28,919 nucleotides of DNA from an uncultured Ruminococcus sp. (GTDB lineage: Bacteria > Bacillota > Clostridia > Oscillospirales > Ruminococcaceae), in assembly GCA_902776945.1 (NCBI GenBank), contig CACYSH010000043.1, positions 1-28,919 on the forward strand, read 5' to 3'. This document shows, one piece after another, positions 15,992-25,215 of the stretch. Positions within the stretch are counted from its first letter, which is position 1; every line of letters starts with the position of its first letter. The notes beneath the pieces are model-generated. The model saw nothing but the letters and a program-made list of their open reading frames with translations, had not been told where the DNA came from and searched no databases. The translations under genes were made by a program, and so were the position numbers.

Positions 15992-18395
15992 GCTTTGCAA
16001 CGCGGATATTTGTTATCGCGCACTGGTCGCCCGTGAGCGCCACATAGACCTCGTTCACATCGTCAAGGAGCGTTGTAACGCTGTTTATCGCTATTCCGAG
16101 ATTTTCCGTCCGAATGACGATCTTATTATCTTTTCTTTCGAGTGTCACGGTGCAGTCAAGCCCCTGTTTATTTCTTGCGAGCCATGCTTTCCAGTCTTCA
16201 AAGTCCTTTGTATGCTCAACGTTTACCTGATTTTCGACATTTTCGGTGGAATCCCAGTTTTCTCCGTCCAGTTTCAGCAGCAGATATTCATGGTAATTCT
16301 CGCCGTTCACCTGACCGTTGGCGGAGGTGAATATGCAGAAGAACGGGCAATGCCATATCAGACGAGCTGTCGGATAGCTCATCGTGTGGAAGGATATTGT
16401 CATTTTGTCATGTATCGGTATGCCCTTTGAAGAGGAAAGTCTCGGTCCGTCAATTTCTATATTGGGAATATCTCCGGCAGGGCAGTTCTTTGTGTAGCTT
16501 ATCTCTTCGGCGATTCGCGGTATCGTTTCGGGAACGGTATCCGCAGTATCCGCGTCTACCGTGATATTATGAATTTTACAATGTTCGCCGCTAATGGAAA
16601 TATAAGTGTAACGCGCCGTATCCGGCAATGCTATAATGACCTCGAAGGTCTGTGTTTCCGTTGTTATACGCGCAAGCACATGGTCGCGATTTCTGACCGC
16701 CTCGATCTGATACTGCTGTTCCTCATGCTCGCCGTGCTTTGCGGCATTTTTACGGTCATGGTATCTTACTTCGGTCTTTCTCGCTCCCATCTCTGTGACA
16801 TTTCCGTCAAATCTTATCTTGGCGTATTCAAAATAGAACAGCTCGCGGTTGTTTTCTTCTCCCGGGTGAACCTTTCCGTCCAGCGAATCAAAGACTATCA
16901 GCATCGGAATACTTTTGTTTTCCGAAAAGCCCTCGTCGGGCAGGCTGCCCAGATGGATAGTTGTCTTTTTACTTGTGATAACGATGCCTTCCGTGCAGTT
17001 GTTGTAGACGGACTCAAAGTGCATTTCGTTTGCCGCCGTTACATTCGAGCCTGAAATACGCTCCCGCATTTTATATTCAAAGTCAAGGTCGATCATGTGT
17101 ATCATTATTCTGGCAAATGCGGGGTCGAACTGCGTTCTCATGCCTTTGACAAGCTCCTCGCGGACTATCTGCTGAGGGATAGCGCTGCGGTAGCTGCGGT
17201 TGGAGGTCATCGCGTCGTAAGCGTCGGCTACGGCAATGATACGGGCGATCTGCGGTATTTCCTCGCCCTTCAGCCCTTCGGGATAGCCTTTTCCGTCGTA
17301 CCGCTCATGATGATAATGCGCCCCTACGCTGAGATACGGGTATTCGTTGATCGTGGACAAAATCTGATTGCCGATGACAGGGTGCTGCCTTATTTCGGCA
17401 AATTCATCATCGTTCAGTCTTCCTTTTTTGTTGATGATACGGTCGGGAACTCCGATCTTTCCCACGTCGTGAAGCAGCGCCGCATAATATACCGTGTCGC
17501 ATTCCTCGGAAGAAAGTCCGTAAGCCTTTGCGATCTTTCCGGAATAATCCGCAACTCTCGCCGAATGTCCATGAGTATATTCATCTTTCGCATCGATAGC
17601 GCCTGCGAGAGCTTTTGCCGTCTGCTCGAATAACATCTGCTGCTGCGCCCGCCTGCGCTCGGCTTCGTCATATTCGTCAGCCTTTCGGGCGCGGAGAGTG
17701 TAATGATACGCCGCGATAAACAGTATAAGAAAGAACAAAGCCGAAATGACAATGACCCACCTTAAAAAAGTGTGATTATATTCGTTGACCCCTATCATTG
17801 AAATATCTGCGCCGACATAAGCAACGCATTTTCCCGATGAGTCGATAACGGGTTCGTACTTCGTAAGCAGCCAGCCGTATTTGTCATTGCTTTCTTTTAT
17901 GCCTATCCGACCGCCTTCAAGCAGCGTTGGCACATCTTTTGAAAAGCTGTCGTCAAATTCGATAATCTCGCCCAGAGAAGTGTCCGGCTCATCGGGCAAT
18001 TCGTCATATTGGTCAAGCTCTGCCGCCATAGTTTCGGTATCGAACACAACATGGCAGCCGTCTGGTTTGATCTGATAGACATACAGATACTGGATATAAG
18101 GAGTATTATTGCAGATACTTTGAAGAGTATTTTTTGTTTTTATGTATGATTCATCAATACCGTAAGTAAGCCATTGATCTATTTTATCTGCGTCTATCTG
18201 TTCGGCAGCCAGCTTTGCCGACTTGGTGAGAGTTTCTTCTCTGTACTCCCGCGTAGCCCGGTTGAATAATGCCGTGCTTGCGACAATGCTTGCGGAAAAG
18301 GCGGCAATAAGAAGAAATACTATCACAAAAATGCTTCTGAAATGCTTGGTCTTAAAAAACTTATTTTTGCCTTTCGGCGTGGATATGTTGTCCAA
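15984..18395 (-). CDS. Membrane-anchored Cache-like sensor / HD-GYP phosphodiesterase with a ~380-aa C-terminal tandem domain of unknown function
   Basis: HD-GYP motifs are HGHSARVA, LLHDVGKIGVP and HHERYDGKGYP. Two TM segments flank a Cache-like block (YLYVYQIKPDG...YGWLLTKYEPVIDSSGK..AYVGADIS). The likely start is TTG 18395, 7 nt after AGGAGG (18408-18403). The ORF-track start is GTG 18419. Confidence 0.85.
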   Translation of the reverse strand: MDNISTPKGKNKFFKTKHFRSIFVIVFLLIAAFSASIVASTALFNRATREYREETLTKSAKLAAEQIDADKIDQWLTYGIDESYIKTKNTLQSICNNTPYIQYLYVYQIKPDGCHVVFDTETMAAELDQYDELPDEPDTSLGEIIEFDDSFSKDVPTLLEGGRIGIKESNDKYGWLLTKYEPVIDSSGKCVAYVGADISMIGVNEYNHTFLRWVIVISALFFLILFIAAYHYTLRARKADEYDEAERRRAQQQMLFEQTAKALAGAIDAKDEYTHGHSARVADYSGKIAKAYGLSSEECDTVYYAALLHDVGKIGVPDRIINKKGRLNDDEFAEIRQHPVIGNQILSTINEYPYLSVGAHYHHERYDGKGYPEGLKGEEIPQIARIIAVADAYDAMTSNRSYRSAIPQQIVREELVKGMRTQFDPAFARIMIHMIDLDFEYKMRERISGSNVTAANEMHFESVYNNCTEGIVITSKKTTIHLGSLPDEGFSENKSIPMLIVFDSLDGKVHPGEENNRELFYFEYAKIRFDGNVTEMGARKTEVRYHDRKNAAKHGEHEEQQYQIEAVRNRDHVLARITTETQTFEVIIALPDTARYTYISISGEHCKIHNITVDADTADTVPETIPRIAEEISYTKNCPAGDIPNIEIDGPRLSSSKGIPIHDKMTISFHTMSYPTARLIWHCPFFCIFTSANGQVNGENYHEYLLLKLDGENWDSTENVENQVNVEHTKDFEDWKAWLARNKQGLDCTVTLERKDNKIVIRTENLGIAINSVTTLLDDVNEVYVALTGDQCAITNIRVAKLT

Positions 18396-18473
18396 AGGTT
18401 TTCCTCCTAACCGGATCACGGGGCAGCCTTGATAAATTTGGTTTTCTTTACGAATTTATTTAAAACAGATGTG

Positions 18474-18482
18474 ATTATATCA
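18474..18482 (-). promoter_or_regulatory. Extended -10 (TGATATAAT on the minus strand) embedded in a perfect palindrome, proximal to the HD-GYP gene
   Basis: The plus strand reads GATGTGAT-TAT-ATCACATC at 18468-18486. The minus strand reads TGATATAAT. It lies about 75 nt upstream of the TTG start. Confidence 0.35.
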
Positions 18483-18586
18483 CATCGCTGCTCATGATAT
18501 TTCGGGCGTTATTTATTATCACAGTTACTTAAAGCGTCGTCGATCTTGGTACGGCGCTTTAATCAATGTCAAATAGTGTTGCTTTT

Positions 18587-18615
18587 ATTATAGCATATAC
18601 TGCCGATTTAGTCAA
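18587..18615 (-). promoter_or_regulatory. Near-consensus promoter on the minus strand, distal to the HD-GYP gene
   Basis: The minus strand reads TTGACT (18615-18610), a 17-nt spacer, then TATAAT (18592-18587), preceded by TGC (extended -10). Confidence 0.5.
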
Positions 18616-19094
18616 TGATAGAATATGAATAAATCCATATTCTATAAGCCTGAACAGCGCAATAACGGGCTTTGACAACATCTCATAGGCGGTCTTGCCG
18701 ACAGCATAAGGCAGCCTTGAAGAATAATCGGCGCATATACGATTGATCTTCGTTCATGTCATGCCTGTGCGGTGATCGATGTTGCCGTAATATCCGAACG
18801 CAAACAAAAGCAAGGTTATTTGCAGCATGGCTGCCGACCTTTGCAGGCTCGGCGTGAACGCGGCTTGATATTTTTATGCTTTATACGCGCATTTGTATAG
18901 ATTATGCTGCGGAATAGCTGCGTATGGTGCCGCCGTTAATGCCTGCGCGGCACACGTTGGCTCGGGGTTAATGGTGGCTCCGTCGGAGTCACCGGCAATT
19001 GACTCCTCTCAATTTCGCTAAATTTTTATTTAGTGAAATTAGCTGTCAGCACTTCCCTGTCAGATGTATTTTCAAATTCTTGACACTATCAATG

Positions 19095-19132
19095 ATCGTT
19101 TCCTTTCGCTTACGCAAAAGGAAACGATTTTT
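19095..19132 (+). terminator. Orphan Rho-independent terminator in a non-coding region
   Basis: ATCGTTTCCTTTCGC (19095-19109) pairs with GCAAAAGGAAACGAT (19114-19128) with one mismatch. The loop is TTAC and the T-run ends at 19132. No ORF of 60 aa or more lies upstream on the + strand. Confidence 0.55.
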
Positions 19133-19230
19133 CTCATTCCACTATCAGGTGTGATGTCGGATTCATAGCTTTCAAAACCGAAAGCTATCCTATAAAAATC
19201 AGACATTTTACGTTGTTAACAATATATTCA

Positions 19231-19259
19231 TTGACAAGCATTATAAATCGTGATATATT
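19231..19259 (+). promoter_or_regulatory. Promoter upstream of the AraC-type regulator
   Basis: TTGACA lies at 19231-19236, then a 17-nt spacer, then TATATT at 19254-19259. Confidence 0.55.
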
Positions 19260-19274
19260 GATTTCAAGCAATGG

Positions 19275-19304
19275 CGCTGTATCGTGGGGATACAGCGTTT
19301 TTTT
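19275..19304 (+). terminator. Terminator-like hairpin within the regulator's leader (candidate attenuator)
   Basis: CGCTGTATC (19275-19283) pairs perfectly with GATACAGCG (19289-19297), followed by TTTTTTT (19298-19304). It lies between the promoter and ATG 19336. Confidence 0.6.
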
Positions 19305-19335
19305 GTTTCGCTTATGTATGAAAGAGGGTAATGTC

Positions 19336-20103
19336 ATGATCGGGAATTTTCGTGTTCTAATAGCAGATACTTCACCTGACACACAAAGCAGATTCAGGAA
19401 CATGACAATGTGGGAAGAAAACGGTTTTGAGATCGCAGCCTGCGTGTCGAATACTGCCGAAACGCTTAAAATGTGTAAAACAGGAAATATCGACCTTGTT
19501 TTATGCTTCAATAAGCCGCCTGTGCTGACGGCTCCCGATGTAATGATACAGGTGCGCCGCGCTGCGGGAGATATACCATTCATTATAATCAGCCCTTCCG
19601 ACGATTCGGAATATATGCGCGAGTGCTTTCTGCTGGGAGCGATAGATTACCTTGTCGAGCCGATCAGCGAAACGAGGCTGAATAACGCCGTTGTCAGGGC
19701 TAAAAACAACATGAAAGTATCCGTCACCGATTACGAATACAAACGTGCGGCGGACGAATTTTTTTCATCGCTTGAAAGCCCCGAAAGAGACAGCAAATTC
19801 ATAACGGAGCTTAAAAAATTTATTCTTGCTTCCTCCAACGTCACCGCTACGACAGAGTACGCGGCGGATTTCTTCGGCTTCAACAAGGATTATTTCGGCA
19901 GACTTTTCAAAGCAAAGGTCGGTATGACGTTCGTGGAGTTCAACAAACGTTTCCGAGTCTGTTATGCGGAACGGCTTCTGAGATCGGGCAGGTACAAGGT
20001 GCGCGAGGTAAGCGAAATGCTGGGCTTCGCTTCGGTAGATTACTTTACGACGGTATTCAAGAAGATCACGGGCAAAAAACCTTCGGATTTAAAGAAGATC
20101 TGA
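19336..20103 (+). CDS. AraC-family transcription regulator with an N-terminal degenerate (pseudo-)receiver domain
   Basis: The C-terminal AraC HTH is FGRLFKAKVGMTFVEFNKRF...VSEMLGFASVDYFTTVFKKITGKKPS. The N-terminus has a CheY-like fold pattern with altered key residues (see findings). AGAGGG lies 7 nt before ATG 19336. Upstream in-frame codons (19213, 19318) lack an RBS. Confidence 0.8.
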   Translation: MIGNFRVLIADTSPDTQSRFRNMTMWEENGFEIAACVSNTAETLKMCKTGNIDLVLCFNKPPVLTAPDVMIQVRRAAGDIPFIIISPSDDSEYMRECFLLGAIDYLVEPISETRLNNAVVRAKNNMKVSVTDYEYKRAADEFFSSLESPERDSKFITELKKFILASSNVTATTEYAADFFGFNKDYFGRLFKAKVGMTFVEFNKRFRVCYAERLLRSGRYKVREVSEMLGFASVDYFTTVFKKITGKKPSDLKKI

Positions 20104-20273
20104 GCTTATACTATTCCTTGACCAAATTCGTGACAAGATTCGCCGCCATGGACACGAGTGCCAAGGATGACGACGAAGGCTAACTGGCGTTAGTCGAGGA
20201 GGAAGACGACGGCAATCGTTATATAATAAATACAGTTCGATCTTTTTTATCCTGTTTTGTATACCTGCACTGT

Positions 20274-20308
20274 GGGAGACAAGCATTTTGCCTGTCTCCC
20301 GTTTTTTT
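20274..20308 (+). terminator. Rho-independent terminator
   Basis: GGGAGACAAGCA pairs with TGCCTGTCTCCC (one mismatch), followed by GTTTTTTT (20301-20308). Confidence 0.7.
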
Positions 20309-20445
20309 CACAGATATTTTTCCATAGATGTCAGTCTGAAATTTATAGAAAAATATCTGATTTTTATGGTATTTTTGAAATTGATTTTTTTGACAGTTTA
20401 GTGTATTATAGTATCAAGGCAATGGCGTCTGAGAAGCTCGGTTGA

Positions 20446-21846
<1,401 letters not shown>

Positions 21847-21883
21847 TAAACTGATTACGTATTATACAAGGAGGTTGATCTGC

Positions 21884-22048
21884 ATGAAAGAAGATCGTCA
21901 GGAATACACCGGATATTTGCCCATTTGTCCGATAGCACCCGAACACCCCGAAATGCTTATCGGCATTCCGGCTGAATATGAAGCAAAAGGTTCTAAAGTG
22001 CAGGGTATCGTTTCCGAGTACGCTCTTGATACCCAGACCTGGGACTGA
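21884..22048 (+). CDS. Small hypothetical protein (54 aa), below the ORF-track cut-off
   Basis: AAGGAGG at 21868-21874 lies 9 nt before ATG 21884. The open frame MKEDRQEYTGYLPICPIAPEHPEMLIGIPAEYEAKGSKVQGIVSEYALDTQTWD runs to TGA 22046-22048. It starts 38 nt after gdhA with no intervening terminator. Confidence 0.45.
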   Translation: MKEDRQEYTGYLPICPIAPEHPEMLIGIPAEYEAKGSKVQGIVSEYALDTQTWD

Positions 22049-22080
22049 TTGATAAATATCTGATTATTACCTTCACCGAT

Positions 22081-22221
22081 CCTTCGGGCAGCTGATAAGG
22101 CGGACGAACACACAAACCACTTTTGCTTTGTGTGTGGATATTACAGCGACATCGAACACCGCTTTTTTCCGTTTTTGTTCCATGAGGACACTATCGTCCG
22201 CTGTATCAGCTGCCCGGAAGG
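22081..22221. other. Long imperfect inverted repeat (~27-bp arms) enclosing ~86 nt, in the spacer before pntAA
   Basis: CCTTCGGGCAGCTGATAAGGCGGACGA (22081-22107) pairs with TCGTCCGCTGTATCAGCTGCCCGGAAGG (22194-22221). The inner hairpin is ACACACAAA..TTTGTGTGT (22109-22135). Confidence 0.55.
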
Positions 22222-22318
22222 TCATTCCCGAATAATATAAGGCAGCACCGCACGGGGTAACTGAGCCCCTGTGCGGTATTGCCGTTATATAATAATACAC
22301 ACCGAAAGGAGTTTTTTA

Positions 22319-23440
22319 ATGAAGAAGATACTTGTCTGCAAGGAAAAAGACCCTCGCGAAACAAGAGTCGCTATGATACCCGACGACATCAAGCGGCTCA
22401 TCGGTATGGGCTTTGAGTTTCGCGTTGTCAGCGGCGCAGGCATTAAAAGCGGTTTTTCCGACGAGGATTACAAAAAAGCGGGAGCCGAGATAGTTTCAAA
22501 AGAGGAGGACGCTCTTAAAAAGAGCGAAATAGTTCTCCGCATAATGAAGCCCGAAAGCGCAAAGGGGCTTTCAAAGGATACAATGCACATCAGCTATCTT
22601 GACCCGTTCAACGAGAAGGCTCTGCTTAATGAATTTGCCTCTGCGGGCGTTAAGGCTGTTTCGCTCGAAATGATACCCCGTACCACCCTTGCGCAGAAAA
22701 TGGACGTTCAGTCCTCGCAGACCTCGCTTGCGGGCTACACAGCGGTAGTAAATGCCGCCGCAAGACTGCCTAAGATACTCCCCATGATGGTTACGCCCTC
22801 AGGTACTATCCAACCCGCGAGAGTATTTATTATCGGCGTAGGCGTTGCGGGCTTACAGGCTATCGCTACGGCAAAACGCCTCGGCGCGAGAGTTGACGCT
22901 TTCGATACCCGCCCCGTTGTTGAGGAGCAGGTAAAGTCGCTGGGCGCTAATTTCGTAAAGATCGACTTAGGCGAAATGGGTCAGACCGATCAGGGCTATG
23001 CGAAGGAGCTTACTCCCGAGCAGGTAGCCAAGCAGCAGGAGGCTCAGGCAAAGGTCTGTGAGCGTTCGAACATCGTTATCACGACCGCAAAGGTATTTGG
23101 AAGAAAGGCTCCCCGTCTCATAAAGAAAGACGTTCTCGACCGTATGATGCCCGGCTCCATTGTCGTTGACATGGCGGTATCTACCGGAGGAAATGTAGAG
23201 GGAAGCAAGCTGTTTGAGGACGTTGTTACCGATAATGGCGTAACGATCATGTCCGGCGACCTGCTTGAAAGACAGGTACCCTATGATGCTTCAAAGATGC
23301 TCTCGGGCAACTTCACTGCGTTCCTTACTCACTTCTATAATAAGGAATCGAAGGAGTTTGAAGTGCGTATGGAGGACGAGATCATGAAGGGCTGTCTGCT
23401 TACCAGCGGCGGCGCGATCATACACGATAGATTCAAGTGA
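22319..23440 (+). CDS. pntA: NAD(P) transhydrogenase alpha subunit, part 1 (dI domain)
   Basis: It has an alanine-dehydrogenase/PNT-type N-terminus (ETRVAMIPDD) and the Rossmann motif IGVGVAGLQAIATAKRLGA. AAAGGAG precedes ATG 22319. Confidence 0.9.
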   Translation: MKKILVCKEKDPRETRVAMIPDDIKRLIGMGFEFRVVSGAGIKSGFSDEDYKKAGAEIVSKEEDALKKSEIVLRIMKPESAKGLSKDTMHISYLDPFNEKALLNEFASAGVKAVSLEMIPRTTLAQKMDVQSSQTSLAGYTAVVNAAARLPKILPMMVTPSGTIQPARVFIIGVGVAGLQAIATAKRLGARVDAFDTRPVVEEQVKSLGANFVKIDLGEMGQTDQGYAKELTPEQVAKQQEAQAKVCERSNIVITTAKVFGRKAPRLIKKDVLDRMMPGSIVVDMAVSTGGNVEGSKLFEDVVTDNGVTIMSGDLLERQVPYDASKMLSGNFTAFLTHFYNKESKEFEVRMEDEIMKGCLLTSGGAIIHDRFK

Positions 23441-23471
23441 TAGGATATATTATTATTCGGGAGGAAAGAAA

Positions 23472-23777
23472 ATGGCAATAGGAGAAATATTATTGCTCGT
23501 GTTCGTATTCGTTATCGCGGGCTTTCTTGGTGTCGAACTAATATCAAAGGTTCCCTCGCAGCTGCATACCCCGCTTATGTCGGGAACGAACGCTATATCC
23601 GGCATAACCATTGTTGGCGCTATATCCGCAACGGCTGTCGCACTGCATACTGAGGGTATGGTATCGAATATCTGCGGCTTTGCGGCGATCTTGCTTGCTA
23701 CGATAAACGTTGTCGGCGGCTATCTCGTTACCGACAGAATGCTCGGTATGTTCAAGAAGAAGGGGGATAAGAAGTAA
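23472..23777 (+). CDS. NAD(P) transhydrogenase alpha subunit, part 2 (membrane segment)
   Basis: This 101-aa hydrophobic protein has the blocks PLMSGTNAISGI and INVVGGYLVTDRML. RBS GGGAGGAAAG precedes it. Confidence 0.85.
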   Translation: MAIGEILLLVFVFVIAGFLGVELISKVPSQLHTPLMSGTNAISGITIVGAISATAVALHTEGMVSNICGFAAILLATINVVGGYLVTDRMLGMFKKKGDKK

Positions 23778-23778
23778 A

Positions 23779-25215
23779 ATGAATTGGGCTGATATAAGCG
23801 TGGTACTGACGACCGTACTTTATATGGTATCGTCGGTGCTGTTCATACGCGGCATTAAGCTGCTCGGAAAGGCAGATACCGCACGCAAGGGCAATCTTAT
23901 GTCCTCCGTTGGTATGCTGATCGCAGTTGTTACCGTACTGCTCGAAAAGAAAGTAACCGACACACTCACCGCTGCGCCGATGAAAAACGCATACATCTGG
24001 GCGATAGCGGCAATAGCTCTCGGCAGCATTATCGGCGCTGTCTGGGCTAAAAAGGTCGAAATGACAGGTATGCCGCAGTTGGTAGCGCTCTTTAACGGAT
24101 TCGGCGGTCTGTCGAGCCTGCTCGTTGCTCTCACTCAGTATATGACCGACCCCGATGTGAATGTATTCTCTTCTGTCGCTCTCGGTCTTACCATTGCGAT
24201 AGGCGCTATCGCGTTCACAGGTTCGATAGTTGCGTGGGGCAAGCTCTCGGGCAAGGCGTTCAAGAAGAACGTTTCTATCCCCGGAAAGAATGCCGTAAAC
24301 GCACTCTTTGCAATCGTTGGTCTTGCGGGCGTTGGAATGTACGCTTTGCAGATCGCGGGTATACTTGATAAGCAAATGGGAATGATCGGCATAATCACCG
24401 TTACCGCCGCATTCCTGATACTCGGCTTTACTATGGTAATCTGCATCGGCGGCGGCGATATGCCCGTTATCATCTCGCTGCTGAACGCCTTTTCGGGACT
24501 TGCGGCTGCATTTGCGGGTCTTTCGATCTCGAACTCGGTGCTTGTTGTTTCGGGATGTCTCGTTGGTACTTCGGGACTTATCCTCACGCTCATCATGTGC
24601 AAGGCGATGAACCGCACACTTTACAGCCTGCTCTTCGCCAGCGCGTCGGCAGCAAAGAAGAAGGGCGCAGCCGGCGAAGCAAAGGAGCCGCGCTCGATGT
24701 CTGTTGAGGACGCTTACCTTGTACTTGAAGCCGCAAGCTCTGTTGTATTTATTCCCGGATACGGCATGGCGGTTGCTCAGGCGCAGCACGCAGTCAAGGA
24801 GCTTTGCGATAAGTTAGAGGAAAACGGTGCGGAGGTCAGCTTTGCCATACACCCCGTTGCAGGACGTATGCCCGGTCACATGAACGTACTTCTCGCGGAG
24901 GCGAATGTTCCTTACGAGCAACTCAAGACAGCTGACGAAATGAATCCTCAGATGCCCAATACCGACGTTGCTATCGTTATCGGTGCAAACGACGTTGTAA
25001 ACCCCTCCGCAGTAAACGACGAGACTTCCCCGCTCTATGGTATGCCTATAATCAACGCATACGAAGCAAGGACTGTATTCGTACTTAAGCGCGGCAAGGG
25101 CGCGGGCTTCTCGGGAGTTGAGAATCCGCTCTTCACCAACGACAACACCGTAATGATCTACGGAGATGCGAAAAATACTGTTTCGGCGCTTGTAAGCGAG
25201 TTTGACGATAAGTGA
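23779..25215 (+). CDS. pntB: NAD(P) transhydrogenase beta subunit
   Basis: A polytopic N-terminus is followed by the dIII domain blocks IPGYGMAVAQAQH, HPVAGRMPGHMNVLLAEA, IGANDVVNP and PLYGMP. ATG 23779 lies 1 nt after the preceding stop. The ORF-track start 23710 overlaps the previous gene. Confidence 0.9.
   Translation: MNWADISVVLTTVLYMVSSVLFIRGIKLLGKADTARKGNLMSSVGMLIAVVTVLLEKKVTDTLTAAPMKNAYIWAIAAIALGSIIGAVWAKKVEMTGMPQLVALFNGFGGLSSLLVALTQYMTDPDVNVFSSVALGLTIAIGAIAFTGSIVAWGKLSGKAFKKNVSIPGKNAVNALFAIVGLAGVGMYALQIAGILDKQMGMIGIITVTAAFLILGFTMVICIGGGDMPVIISLLNAFSGLAAAFAGLSISNSVLVVSGCLVGTSGLILTLIMCKAMNRTLYSLLFASASAAKKKGAAGEAKEPRSMSVEDAYLVLEAASSVVFIPGYGMAVAQAQHAVKELCDKLEENGAEVSFAIHPVAGRMPGHMNVLLAEANVPYEQLKTADEMNPQMPNTDVAIVIGANDVVNPSAVNDETSPLYGMPIINAYEARTVFVLKRGKGAGFSGVENPLFTNDNTVMIYGDAKNTVSALVSEFDDK

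Noticed and set aside
18420-18620. c-di-GMP riboswitch in the HD-GYP leader
   Set aside because: There is no match by eye to the conserved GEMM-I or GEMM-II cores. Only a simple hairpin (TTAAAGCG..CGCTTTAA) and a palindromic operator-like site are present.
18620-18860. Minus-strand frames resembling membrane-protein fragments
   Set aside because: Stops and frame changes interrupt them, and there is no start or RBS. At best this is a decayed pseudogene, so it is mentioned under the non-coding-gap finding and not called as a feature.
19213-19335. Longer start for the AraC-type regulator (ORF-track 19213)
   Set aside because: The extension would cover the promoter and the leader hairpin/T-run, and it has no RBS. 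ATG 19336 has AGAGGG at good spacing and begins the receiver fold.
20381-20409. Promoter for gdhA (TTGATT-N17-TATTAT)
   Set aside because: It is plausible but only moderately matches the consensus. The nearby TTGACA (20390-20395) has no properly spaced -10 box. It is too uncertain to list as a feature.
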